The notes under the pieces: generated by a model
The model's input: only the letters and a program-made list of their open reading frames with translations
Database searches by the model: none
What the model was told of the DNA's origin: nothing
Part shown: one piece after another, positions 42,750 through 52,465 of the stretch
Layout of the letters: each line of letters opens with the position of its first letter
Position numbering within the stretch: the first letter of the stretch is position 1
Source of the DNA: an uncultured Gammaproteobacteria bacterium
Lineage (GTDB): Bacteria > Pseudomonadota > Gammaproteobacteria > GCA-001735895
DNA: 64,000 nt
Assembly: GCA_963793595.1 (NCBI GenBank)
Contig: CAWCBX010000072.1
Location: 13,769 to 77,768 of the forward strand
Reading direction: 5' to 3'
Made by a program: the position numbers and the translations under genes

Positions 42750-44258
42750 ATCACCGCTCCGATCTGCCAGGGCACGAATTCATAGTCGCCAAGACCCTGC
42801 GCCTCCGATTTCGACGGCTCGCCGGATGCCACGCGCAGGAAGAGGTCGTAGATTTCACGGCCTTTGGACGCCACCGTGGCCGATCCAGTCAGAATGTCAC
42901 CGGCATTGATGTCCATGTCCTCGGTCATCCGGGCGTACATCTCCGAATTGGTGGCGACCTTGATCGTCGGGGCCGGCTTGGAGCCGAAAGCCGATCCGCG
43001 TCCGGTGGTGAAACAAACCAGATTGCACCCGCCCGCGATCTGACCGGTCACGCTGGCCGGGTCGTATCCAGGACTGTCCATGAAGGTGAATCCGCGGTCG
43101 CGGACGACATCGGCGTATTTGTAGACCCCGGTCAGCGGCGTGGTGCCGCCCTTGGCGGCGGCGCCCAGTGATTTCTCGAGGATCGTGGTCAACCCGCCTT
43201 TCTTGTTGCCGGGGCTGGGATTGTTGTCCATCGACCCCTTGTTTCTGGCGGTATAGTCCTCCCACCAGCGGATCAGTCCGACCAGCTTCTCGCCGACATC
43301 GCGGCTGACGGCGCGCCGGGTCAGCAGGTGTTCGGCGCCGTAGATCTCGGGCGTTTCGGCCAGAACTCCTGTGCCGCCCTGGGCCACCAGCAAGTCGCAG
43401 GCATATCCCAGCGCCGGATTTGCGGTGATTCCCGACCAGGCATCCGAACCGCCACATTGCAGCGCCACTTTCAGCTCTGAGGCGGGGCAGGGTGTGCGGC
43501 GGGCTTCGTTCGCGAGCGGCAGCATGGCGCGCACCTTGGCGATGCCGGCGTCAATCGTCCGCTGAAGCCCCGCAACCGACTGGATGTTCATGGTCTGAAA
43601 CAACGGACCCTGCTTGAGCCCGTAGGCTTCAAGCAGCCAGTCGATCTGGTTCATTTCGCAGCCAAGCCCGACCATAACAACGCCGGCGTGGTTGGGATGG
43701 CGCGCGTATCCCCACATGACCCGCTGAAGGGCTTCGAAGCCCTCGCCGTCTCCGGCCATGCCGCACCCCGTTCCATGAACAAAGGCAACGACACCATCGA
43801 CATTGGGGTATTTGGCCAACTCTGCGGGTCCAAAAGCGTCAGCAATGCGTCGGGCGGCGGTAGCCGAACAGTTCACCGAGGTGACGACCGCGATGTAGTT
43901 TCGCGTCCCGATCGATCCGTTCTCGCGACGATACCCCATGAAGCTGTCGCGCTGGTCGTCCGGTCCAGCGACAGGTGCGCGCAGATTTGTTCCGAACTCG
44001 TAGGCCGTGTCGGTATTGCGGAATTCCACGTTGTGGGTGTGAACATGCGCGCCCGGCGGGATATCCTCCGATGCATATCCGATCAGTTGGGCGTATTTGC
44101 GGATCTCGCCGCCTGTCATGATCGCTGACGTGGCGATCTTGTGGCCCGTGGGGATCAAGGCCCGGGTTTCTACGCCGTCTATGATATTGCCGACGTCGAG
44201 CGCGCGAGTGGCGGTGACGACATTGTCGCTGGGATCGAGTTCTGACGAAGGGGTCCAT
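42746..44258 (-). CDS. UxaA-family (altronate/galactarate) dehydratase with SAF domain; one extra base near 44240
   Basis: MDPFVRLDPSDNV after correction, GHKIA, HVHTHN, GTRNYI, VNCSATAA, HGTGCG, LQCGGSD, NNPSPGNKKGGLTTI, FTTGRGS. Confidence 0.9.
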
Positions 44259-44267
44259 GGCGGGTCC

Positions 44268-45203
44268 TCAGGCGCAGGCGGGCGCGTCGGAGCGCCACCG
44301 ATGAATGTTGATATGCGGCCCAACCGCCAGGTCTGCGCGGGCCTGCTCCCACATCGCGCGCCAGCGGCGCCAGTCCCTGAGTGCACTGTCCGGCCGCGCG
44401 GCGGATCGCGCCACGAAATCGGGGAAATGGCTGCGCCCGGTTGGCTGGCCGGTCCGGTTGTAGCGAAGGTCGAAGGACCAACGGATACCGTCCGTCAGGT
44501 TGGGCAATGAAGCATGCGGCAAAATCGGATCCAGGATCACGACACCGCCGGAGGCGACAGGCAAAGGGATTGCACGTTGGGTATCCAGAACGCCATCGGC
44601 GATCGCGGTCTGCGATTTCGGGCAGTGCGGCAGCATTTCTGAAACTCGCGGCACCACCTGAAGGCAGCCGTTCTCGACCGTTGCATCGGTGACCGCGATC
44701 CAAACGGTGATCATGTCGGTGTTGTCCGCCTCTTCCAGAGCAACCGCGCGATCCTGGTGCCAGTCGGTCCCACCCACGTGAGCACGGATCTCGCCTGCTT
44801 TCAGATCGCGTTGAGGTGGTTTTATACGCACGTGCTGGATAGGGTTTGAGGTGATTTCAGGCCCGATCAGGTCCTCGACGAGGTCCAGAAGCCGGGGGGC
44901 GGTGATCATATCGAAGACGGCAGGCCCGAAATGCATCGGTGTGTCGCTCTGAATGGTGTCGCCGGGCAGCGATATGTCCATGGCTTGAAACCAGTCCTGA
45001 CCGGCACGATAGGCGGCGATCAGCTTTGCCTCAAAGGACTGGCCCGAGAGTGTGTCGGCTATGTGCCAATCGGTCAGCAAACCCTCCAGCACGTCGGAAT
45101 ACTCCGCGCGGACCGGGTCCAGCACCGAAATCTGATCCAGCACGTTTTCGACAACGAGATAGCCGTTGCTCCGGTAGGATGTGATCTGGCTTTCACTCAG
45201 CAT
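44268..45203 (-). CDS. PhyH family Fe(II)/2OG dioxygenase no. 2
   Basis: YRSNGYLVV, HVRIKPP, WHQD, ENGCLQVVP, PHASLPN, IRWSFDLRY. Confidence 0.88.
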   Translation of the reverse strand: MLSESQITSYRSNGYLVVENVLDQISVLDPVRAEYSDVLEGLLTDWHIADTLSGQSFEAKLIAAYRAGQDWFQAMDISLPGDTIQSDTPMHFGPAVFDMITAPRLLDLVEDLIGPEITSNPIQHVRIKPPQRDLKAGEIRAHVGGTDWHQDRAVALEEADNTDMITVWIAVTDATVENGCLQVVPRVSEMLPHCPKSQTAIADGVLDTQRAIPLPVASGGVVILDPILPHASLPNLTDGIRWSFDLRYNRTGQPTGRSHFPDFVARSAARPDSALRDWRRWRAMWEQARADLAVGPHINIHRWRSDAPACA

Positions 45204-45240
45204 ATCGACGGCTCCATGCACCCGGGTCGATCGGTCATCT

Positions 45241-46872
45241 TTATTTCAGTAGCACCTCGACGATCGGCGGCCAGATCAACAGCACAGTCAAGGCCAGAAT
45301 CTGGATGCCGATGAATGGCAGAAAACCTCTGAAGATGTCGGTCAGTGAAATATGCGGCGGGGCCACGGATTTCAGATAAAAGGCGGCCGGCCCGAACGGC
45401 GGCGACAGGAAACTGACCTGCATGTTCATACAGAACAGCACTCCGAACCACACCGACAGGTATTTCGGCTGCAATTCGCCGAACAGTCCGATCTCTTCGA
45501 TGGGCAGGCGCTGAACGATCGGCAGGAACACCGGGATGATCAGCAGCACGATGCCGACCCAGTCCATAAACGCGCCCATGAAAAGCAAGATGAACATCAT
45601 CATCAGCAGGATGCCCATTGTCGGCAGGTCGGCGCCGATGATCAGGTTTGCCACATAGGTCGGGCCGCCTGCGATGGTGTAGGCCCCGGCGAGCGCCGCT
45701 GCGCCGATGGTGACCCAGATGATGGTCCCGGTGGATTTCAACGTTCGCATCAGGCTTTCCCAGACCAGATCGAAGGATGCCTCGCCGCGCAGGATCGCGA
45801 TGATCAGGACCGAGATTGCCCCCATACCCGCAGCTTCTGTGATGCCGGTGATGCCGCCATAGATTGAACCCAGCACGACGCCGATCACAACGATCGGGGC
45901 CACCAGACCCTTGCCCATCTTCCAGCCCAGGGCGGAACGGTCTCGACCGAACGCAAATAGGGCAAGCAGCAGACAGATCGCGACAATGCCACCAAACCAT
46001 GGAACGTAGTCAGCTGTACCCCAGAAAATCGGATCGGTCCCATCACCGAGGTCAGTGTTCTGGCCCATGATCGTGAAGAACAGGGCGCGCAGGAACAGAA
46101 TAACTGAAAATCCGCAGAGCAGAATGTTCAGGAAGGCGCCGAACAGGGCCAGTTTCTCCAGGCCCTGCGGTTCTCCTGGAACCGGATCGGGCAGGGGGGC
46201 GTCGTCCGGGTTCATCTGAGTGCGCACGATGATGTAGATGATGATGAAACTGGCCAGCATGAACCCCGGCAGAAAGGCCGCGGTGAACAGCGCCTTGATC
46301 GAAGTCTCGGTGATCAGCCCGTAAATGATCAGCACGATCGAGGGCGGAATCATCGTGCCCAGCGAACCGCTTGCACAGATCGTACCGATGGCGAGATTCT
46401 GATTATAGCCAAGTCGCAGCATCTGCGGCAGCGCGATGAGCCCCAGAAGGACCACCTCGCCGCCGATGATGCCGGACATCGCCGCCATGATCACAGCCAT
46501 GATCGAGGTCACGATCGCGATCCCGCCACGCGTGCGATTCAGCCAGACATTGAGCGAAGAGTACATGTCCTTGGCGATACCGGATCGCTCCAGAAGTGCT
46601 GCCATGAAGATGAAAAGCGGAATGGATATCAGCACATAATCGGTGAGCAGCCCATAGATCTTCTGAGCCAGGATGTTCAGGGGTCCCGATCCCGGGCGTC
46701 CGGTCAGGATCCCGTCGCCGAAACTGAAGGGATCCAGCAGCAGCGCGGGCTCGAACTTCAACACCAGGACCAGAACGGCCAGGAAGGCCGATGCCATGCC
46801 GAGTGGCATGCCGATGGCCAGCAGAATGACAAGGCCCAGAAGAAGGACCAAAGAGATCGTTCCGATATCCAT
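45241..46872 (-). CDS. dctM: TRAP transporter large permease DctM (elongated, 543 aa)
   Basis: ISIPLFIFMA, MSGIIGG, SGSLGTMIPPSI, GITGITEAAG, FLSPPFG; extra hydrophobic insert in the middle. Confidence 0.93.
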   Translation of the reverse strand: MDIGTISLVLLLGLVILLAIGMPLGMASAFLAVLVLVLKFEPALLLDPFSFGDGILTGRPGSGPLNILAQKIYGLLTDYVLISIPLFIFMAALLERSGIAKDMYSSLNVWLNRTRGGIAIVTSIMAVIMAAMSGIIGGEVVLLGLIALPQMLRLGYNQNLAIGTICASGSLGTMIPPSIVLIIYGLITETSIKALFTAAFLPGFMLASFIIIYIIVRTQMNPDDAPLPDPVPGEPQGLEKLALFGAFLNILLCGFSVILFLRALFFTIMGQNTDLGDGTDPIFWGTADYVPWFGGIVAICLLLALFAFGRDRSALGWKMGKGLVAPIVVIGVVLGSIYGGITGITEAAGMGAISVLIIAILRGEASFDLVWESLMRTLKSTGTIIWVTIGAAALAGAYTIAGGPTYVANLIIGADLPTMGILLMMMFILLFMGAFMDWVGIVLLIIPVFLPIVQRLPIEEIGLFGELQPKYLSVWFGVLFCMNMQVSFLSPPFGPAAFYLKSVAPPHISLTDIFRGFLPFIGIQILALTVLLIWPPIVEVLLK

Positions 46873-47777
46873 CAGCTGTGGCCTTTCTGGTCACCTTGTA
46901 TCGCACCGCGGGTTACGTCCAGTTCGCCGACGCCCTGGGCCCCGACGGCTTGCCGGAGTTTTTCGAGCTCGTCCGCGTCGATATCATCCGCGGCTGTGTG
47001 TATGACAGGTTCGGCGTTCCAGTCTGATATCAGGTTGATTACCGACTGGATCGCGACCATCGCCACGACGAACAATACCATCGGTTTGAGTGTTGCCGGT
47101 ATCGGCGGGTCGAACGCGGTCCCGAACGTCTCCCAACGATAGAACTTGTCGAAGGCTTCGCCATATCCTCCGTAGATCAGTGCTCCGGCGAAGATCAGGA
47201 TCAGGGACACCGAAATGATATCAAACAGACGCTGTATGCCGCGCGGCATCACGTCGTAGAGCAGAAAGATCCGGATGTGGCTGCGCTGCTGCATCGCGTA
47301 GAGCCCGGCCCCCAGAAACACAAACCCGGCGAGCCAGAGCGATAACTCATTGGCCCAGAGCGTGGGAGCTTCGAATGCGTAACGCAGCACGACCTCGTAG
47401 AGCATCACACCGGTCAGCAGGACGATCATCATCATGATGACGCGACCAATGAACACCGCCAGCCGGTCTGCGGTGCGCCAATCTTCATATTCCATCGGGG
47501 CGCGCTGCACTGTAAACAAACCGATCACGCCGAAAACCGGTACGCCAATCAATGCAATCCAGTCGATGGCATCGGCAAAGCCCCCGAAAAGGCCGGGCAG
47601 TTCCGGCGTGATGTCGTTCCGTCGGAACAGGGCGCTGAGCTTGTCGACCTGCGATGGTTCATCCGGTGGAAACCAGTCGAGGATGAAGGCGGGTGCATGC
47701 CATGTCAGCCACCCCGCGCAGAAAACGAAAGCCAAGGGCACCAGCCATTCGACCAGGCTGCCGGATTTCTCGTGCAT
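46872..47777 (-). CDS. dctQ: TRAP transporter small permease DctQ with N-terminal extension (301 aa)
   Basis: YEVVLRYAFEAPTLWANELS, HIRIFLLY, WETFGTAFDPP core, preceded by about 95 extra residues with two TMs. Confidence 0.88.
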   Translation of the reverse strand: MHEKSGSLVEWLVPLAFVFCAGWLTWHAPAFILDWFPPDEPSQVDKLSALFRRNDITPELPGLFGGFADAIDWIALIGVPVFGVIGLFTVQRAPMEYEDWRTADRLAVFIGRVIMMMIVLLTGVMLYEVVLRYAFEAPTLWANELSLWLAGFVFLGAGLYAMQQRSHIRIFLLYDVMPRGIQRLFDIISVSLILIFAGALIYGGYGEAFDKFYRWETFGTAFDPPIPATLKPMVLFVVAMVAIQSVINLISDWNAEPVIHTAADDIDADELEKLRQAVGAQGVGELDVTRGAIQGDQKGHS

Positions 47778-47871
47778 GGGACTCCTCCCGGCGGTGGTTG
47801 GACCGGCGCGCCGTCAAGATCGGAGAAAAGGCGGCAAGCCCGAAACCGGGCTTGCCGAAGAACCCGTTAGA

Positions 47872-48891
47872 TTACTGGGAGACCAACCCGAGTTGGTTCA
47901 GATAGGCCAGATGCAACTCGACCAAAGCCTTGGCCTCGGGCGTGTCGGCAAATTCCGGCCATGTGGCCTGGGCCGCGTTGCGGAATTTCTGCAACTCCTC
48001 TGGCGACCATTCCGACAGAGTGATGCCGTCTGCACGCAGCTTCGCCGCCGCTTCGGCATTGGCCTTCTCAAAGGTCAGGGCCGTGCGCAGGGCCAGCGCT
48101 TCCATTGCAACTTCCATGATGCGGCGATGTGCCTCCGGCATGGCGTCCCATCTTTCCTTGTTGCACGCCAGATGGTCGGACGGCATCGAGTGGAATCCTG
48201 GAAAGTTGGCGTATTTCGCGATGTCATAAAGTCCCAGTCCGACGTTGTTGGACAGGCCGCTGGCATCAGCACCATCAATGATACCGGTTTCCAGCGCGGT
48301 GAAAATTTCGGTGAAATCCATCACGATCGGCTTGGCGCCTAGCTTTTCGAAGATCTTGGTCTCCATCCCCGGTGGCGACCGGAATTTCCAGTCCACCAGA
48401 TCGGCGGTCGATGCAATCGGCTTGGTCGAGGCAAAGCTTTCCTGACCGTAGACCCACCAGCCGACCAGCTCCATTCCGTATTTGTTGTACAGCGGCTGGG
48501 CTGCTTCTCTGCCGCCACCGTAGTAAAGCCAGCTCAACTGCTGGTACGGGGTGGCATACCCGCCCATAATGTCACCGACGAATTGAAACGCCGAGTTTTT
48601 CCCCGTCTGATAGGCGCCGCCCGTCATGTCGCAGTCCAGAATGCCAGTTGCGGCAGCGTCGAAAGTCTCAACCGATTTGACCACCGATGACGAATAAAAC
48701 ATCTCGACCTGAATTTCGCCATTCGACATGGTCTGAATGTCATCGATGTACTGGGCGGCCAGCTTCCCGGAGACGGTTTCCGGTGCGTAGTGGGTCTGAA
48801 TGCGCAGGGTTGTGGTCTCGGCCACAGCGGACGAGCCCGCCACGAGTGCCGTCGCGCTGACGGCAGCAGCGGCCAGTTTCAAAATTCTCAT
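47872..48891 (-). CDS. dctP: TRAP solute-binding protein DctP
   Basis: Signal peptide, KFRSPPG with the conserved carboxylate-binding Arg, EIFTALETGIIDGAD. Confidence 0.92.
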   Translation of the reverse strand: MRILKLAAAAVSATALVAGSSAVAETTTLRIQTHYAPETVSGKLAAQYIDDIQTMSNGEIQVEMFYSSSVVKSVETFDAAATGILDCDMTGGAYQTGKNSAFQFVGDIMGGYATPYQQLSWLYYGGGREAAQPLYNKYGMELVGWWVYGQESFASTKPIASTADLVDWKFRSPPGMETKIFEKLGAKPIVMDFTEIFTALETGIIDGADASGLSNNVGLGLYDIAKYANFPGFHSMPSDHLACNKERWDAMPEAHRRIMEVAMEALALRTALTFEKANAEAAAKLRADGITLSEWSPEELQKFRNAAQATWPEFADTPEAKALVELHLAYLNQLGLVSQ

Positions 48892-48982
48892 TGGTTTCCT
48901 CCCGGTTTCCATAAAGCATCACCGTCGCGGACCTTTTGCGGCCATTGTCTGCGGTGACGCCATGAGAGAGTAGCAACGACCC

Positions 48983-49049
48983 GGAATTCTGCCAATAACA
49001 ATCTGAAAATCATAATAATTTCAAAATTTTTTCCTTTTTGCAGAATTCC
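48983..49049. promoter_or_regulatory. Inverted 10-bp repeats in the dctP/gntR divergent promoter (putative operator)
   Basis: GGAATTCTGC (48983-48992) and GCAGAATTCC (49040-49049). Confidence 0.5.
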
Positions 49050-49083
49050 AGACTAGAGTTGGCTCAGTCTAAGAGGTCGCGAT

Positions 49084-49722
49084 ATGCGTGTGGAAACACC
49101 GGACATCTACAGAGATTTGCAGCGAAAACTGATGACGGTTGCGTTTCGCCCGGGTGAAAAACTGAAACCCAAAGCATTGCAGGGCCTCTACGGATGTTCG
49201 GCCAATACGGTTCGGGATGTTCTGTTGCGCCTGTCCAAGGTCGGCCTTGTGGAATTCGAGATGCAGCGCGGATTCCGGGCTGTGGCTACCTCAGCTGAAC
49301 GCCGCCGCGACGTCACCAAATTCCGAATCCTTCTGGAGCAGGAGGGCGCCCGCTTGTCGATCGAGCATGGTGGTGTCGATTGGGAAGCAAAACTGTTCGC
49401 CGCGCACCACAAGCTGAGCCATATCGAGACGCAGATCGCGAGCCAGAGTGTGGTGCAGCCTTTCATGGACCTTTGGTCCGATGCAGAGATTGAGTTTCAT
49501 CAGACCCTAATCTCGGAATGTCGGTCGCCGCTGCTACGGGAGACATACGGCAACATCTACGTCCAGTTTCGCCAGCAGATGGTCAGCCAGGAGCGCGATT
49601 TCGGCACTAACTACTTTGAGGCCATCATCTCCGAGCATCAGCGAATTCTAGACGCCGCGCTGGCCCGGGACATCGATGGCTGCAAACAGGCGATCTATGA
49701 TCACCTGAAGCGCAATCTTTAG
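49084..49722 (+). CDS. GntR-family (FCD) transcriptional regulator
   Basis: FRPGEKL...SANTVRDVLLRLSKVGLVE...RGF wHTH; C-terminal FCD (EFHQTL, SEHQRILDA). Confidence 0.92.
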   Translation: MRVETPDIYRDLQRKLMTVAFRPGEKLKPKALQGLYGCSANTVRDVLLRLSKVGLVEFEMQRGFRAVATSAERRRDVTKFRILLEQEGARLSIEHGGVDWEAKLFAAHHKLSHIETQIASQSVVQPFMDLWSDAEIEFHQTLISECRSPLLRETYGNIYVQFRQQMVSQERDFGTNYFEAIISEHQRILDAALARDIDGCKQAIYDHLKRNL

Positions 49723-50696
49723 CTACGTTTCAGGTCATCCGCGACGTAGGCCTCGATGATCGAGTGGAAATCTGTCTCGGCGCGGTAACCGAGCGAGAGG
49801 GCGCGCTTGGGATCGAAATCCTGCGGCCAGGCCGCAACCATGCGCATGATCGTCGGGTCCGGTTCCGGGCGGATCAGCGCGACGGTCTCGGATCCGGCAA
49901 TATTGCGCAGAGCTTCGATCTGCTCCTCGACGGTGCAGCTGATGCCCGGCAGGTTCAGCGCACGGCGTCCCTCAAGCCGCTCCAGATCCAGCAGGGCGGA
50001 ATGCCGCAGAAAACCAACTGCCGACCGGGGGGACGCGTGCCAGTGCCGGGTACTGGCGGGTACAGGCAGCACAGCTGGTTGTCCGTTCAGGGGTTCGCGA
50101 ATAATACCGGAAAAAAACGACGATGCCGCCTTGTTGGGCTTGCCGGGCCGGACGCAGATGGTGGGTAGCCGGATGGAGATCCCGTCGACGAATCCCTTTC
50201 GGCTGAAATCCCCCAGCATCAGTTCGCCGATCGCCTTTTGCGCGCCATAGGAGGTCTGTGGGGCGCTCAGGAAAAGGTCGTCGATCTTGTCGGGGTAGGG
50301 GCCTCCGAACACCGCGATCGACGAGGTGAAGACAACGCGCGGGCGGTATTTGCCACCACTTTCTTTGTGTTCCGACCGCAGAGCTTCCAAAAAGGTCCAG
50401 AAGGCCATCATGTTGGTCTGCCAGCCTTTGTCGAAATCCGCCTCTGCCTCGCCGGACACGATTGCGGCCAGATGAAACACCACGTCAGGCCGTGCAGAAA
50501 CCAGGGCTGTGACCGCCGCTGGATCGGTAATGTCCGCCGAAATGCGTTGCGCGGCTGGCGCGCCAGGTTCCGGGAAGTGGATATCGAACAGTGTGACCTC
50601 AGGAGACGGGTCATCGCCCAACCCGTCGGCGGCAAGCGAGGCCGCAAGTTTCTGCCCGATCATCCCGCCGCCGCCAATCACCAGAATACGTGTCAT
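49719..50696 (-). CDS. denD: D-erythronate dehydrogenase-like extended SDR
   Basis: GGGGMIG, FHLAAIVSGEAEADF, TSSIAVFG, SYGAQK, RLPTICVRPGKPNKAASSFFSGIIREPL. Confidence 0.75.
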   Translation of the reverse strand: MTRILVIGGGGMIGQKLAASLAADGLGDDPSPEVTLFDIHFPEPGAPAAQRISADITDPAAVTALVSARPDVVFHLAAIVSGEAEADFDKGWQTNMMAFWTFLEALRSEHKESGGKYRPRVVFTSSIAVFGGPYPDKIDDLFLSAPQTSYGAQKAIGELMLGDFSRKGFVDGISIRLPTICVRPGKPNKAASSFFSGIIREPLNGQPAVLPVPASTRHWHASPRSAVGFLRHSALLDLERLEGRRALNLPGISCTVEEQIEALRNIAGSETVALIRPEPDPTIMRMVAAWPQDFDPKRALSLGYRAETDFHSIIEAYVADDLKRS

Positions 50697-51586
50697 GCCG
50701 GATCTCCTTTCAGCCCGTTTTGCGCCCGCAGTTCGAGGTACAGGCCAGAGTGATCCTTGTCGGCGCCGTCAAGCTCCGCGCAGAAATACGCAAATCGGCG
50801 ACGGACGTTTTCCGACAATGGCAGCGTCAGTCCCAACTGTGCTGCCTCGTTCAGAAGATTGTCGAGATCCTTCAACTGAAATTTCGAAAGACCGCCGGGG
50901 ATGAAATTGCCGGTTGTCATCCGTTCGCCATGTTGCTGCAGGATCGTGCTGTCGGCAAACCCGCCCTTCAACGCCTGCCGAACGGCTGCCGGATCCGCAC
51001 CGCCCTGTTCGACCAGCAACATGGCCTCTGCCACGGCGCCGATGGTCACCGCGACGATGGCCTGATTGGCGAGTTTCGAAAGTTGCCCGGTGCCGGAAGG
51101 ACCCACACGGACCGGCCGGCCCATGGTTTCGAGGATCGGTTTCACCTGTTCGAACGTTTCCGGGTCGCCGCCAACCATGATGGCAAGGCTCGCCGCTTCG
51201 GCGCCCCGGGTTCCACCGGAGACCGGCGCATCCAGATGCGCGACGCCCAGTGTTGCCAGATCCGCCGCCTGCGTGCGCGCTTCATCGGGTTGGATCGATC
51301 CCATCTCGATCCAGGTCATACCGGGGCGCAACACCGCCCGCAGGTCCGGATCTCTCTGAACGCGCGCACTGGCTGACCCATCGCTGAGCATCGATATCAC
51401 TGCATCGGCGTCGCTCACGGCCCCGGCAGCAGTGTCGCATGCCTCTGCCCCGAACTCTGCAAGGGGTGCGGCCTTGGATGCGGTGCGGTTCCAAACGCGC
51501 AAAGGATAGCCTGCGCTCAGAAGGTTTCGCGCCATCGGTTGGCCCATCAGCCCGGTGCCCAGCAATGCGATCACTGGTTTGCCCAT
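50693..51586 (-). CDS. NAD(P)-dependent beta-hydroxyacid dehydrogenase (2-hydroxy-3-oxopropionate reductase-like)
   Basis: GTGLMGQPMARNL, DAPVSGG, GQLSKLANQ, QLKDL; start behind GAGGAG. Confidence 0.87.
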   Translation of the reverse strand: MGKPVIALLGTGLMGQPMARNLLSAGYPLRVWNRTASKAAPLAEFGAEACDTAAGAVSDADAVISMLSDGSASARVQRDPDLRAVLRPGMTWIEMGSIQPDEARTQAADLATLGVAHLDAPVSGGTRGAEAASLAIMVGGDPETFEQVKPILETMGRPVRVGPSGTGQLSKLANQAIVAVTIGAVAEAMLLVEQGGADPAAVRQALKGGFADSTILQQHGERMTTGNFIPGGLSKFQLKDLDNLLNEAAQLGLTLPLSENVRRRFAYFCAELDGADKDHSGLYLELRAQNGLKGDPA

Positions 51587-51596
51587 TCGCATCTCC

Positions 51597-52361
51597 TCAG
51601 ATTGAGGCGGTGATCCCGCCATCCACGTAGAGCGTGTGCCCATTGACGAAGGACGATCCCGACCCCGACAGGAACACGGCCGCACCGACCAGTTCATCGA
51701 CGTTACCCCAGCGGCCGGCGGGGGTGCGTTTTGCCAGCCATTCCGAAAACGTTGGATCATCCACCAGCGCCTGGTTAAGCGGGGTCTTGAAGTAACCCGG
51801 CGCGATGGCGTTGACCTGCAGGCCATGCCGGGCCCAATCGGTCGCCATGCCGCGCGTCAGATTGCGGATCGCGCCCTTGGTGGCGGTGTAGGGCGCAATG
51901 CCAGGACGCGCGAGTTCGCTTTGAACCGACGCGATGTTGATGATCTTGCCCTGACCGCGCGGGATCATCGCCCGGGCGACGGCCTGACCCACAAGAAATG
52001 CACTGGTGATGTTGGTGGACAAAAGCTGGTTCCACTGGGCCAGTGGAAATTCCTCGAGCGGCGCGCGGAACTGCATGCCGGCGTTGTTGATCAGAATATC
52101 GATCGGGCCTTCGGTTTCGATCGATGCGACGGCGCCCGTGACCGCATCGGAATCGGTGACGTCGAAGGCTTCCTCCGACACTGAATGCCCCTCTTCCCGG
52201 AGTTTCGCGGCCACAGTCCGAAGCCGCTCGGCCTGTCGCGCATTCAACACGACATGCGCCCCATGTTGCGCCAGCCCGCGGGCAAGGGCCAGCCCGATCC
52301 CCATGCTGGACCCCGTGACCAGTGCGCGGTGTCCGGACAAATCGAATAGTTGACTGGCCAT
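51597..52361 (-). CDS. idnO: Gluconate 5-dehydrogenase (SDR)
   Basis: MASQLFDLSGHRALVTGSSMGIG, NNAGMQFRAPLEEF, SVQSELARPGIAPYTATKG, RTPAGRWG. Confidence 0.88.
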   Translation of the reverse strand: MASQLFDLSGHRALVTGSSMGIGLALARGLAQHGAHVVLNARQAERLRTVAAKLREEGHSVSEEAFDVTDSDAVTGAVASIETEGPIDILINNAGMQFRAPLEEFPLAQWNQLLSTNITSAFLVGQAVARAMIPRGQGKIINIASVQSELARPGIAPYTATKGAIRNLTRGMATDWARHGLQVNAIAPGYFKTPLNQALVDDPTFSEWLAKRTPAGRWGNVDELVGAAVFLSGSGSSFVNGHTLYVDGGITASI

Positions 52362-52465
52362 GAATTCCCCCGGATCCAATTTCGTTTTCGACCCTAGAAT
52401 TTTGCAGACCTTTCGACTAGGCCTATCTGGCCGGGCAGCGCAATCGTGGCCCGAAAGGGGGGAAG

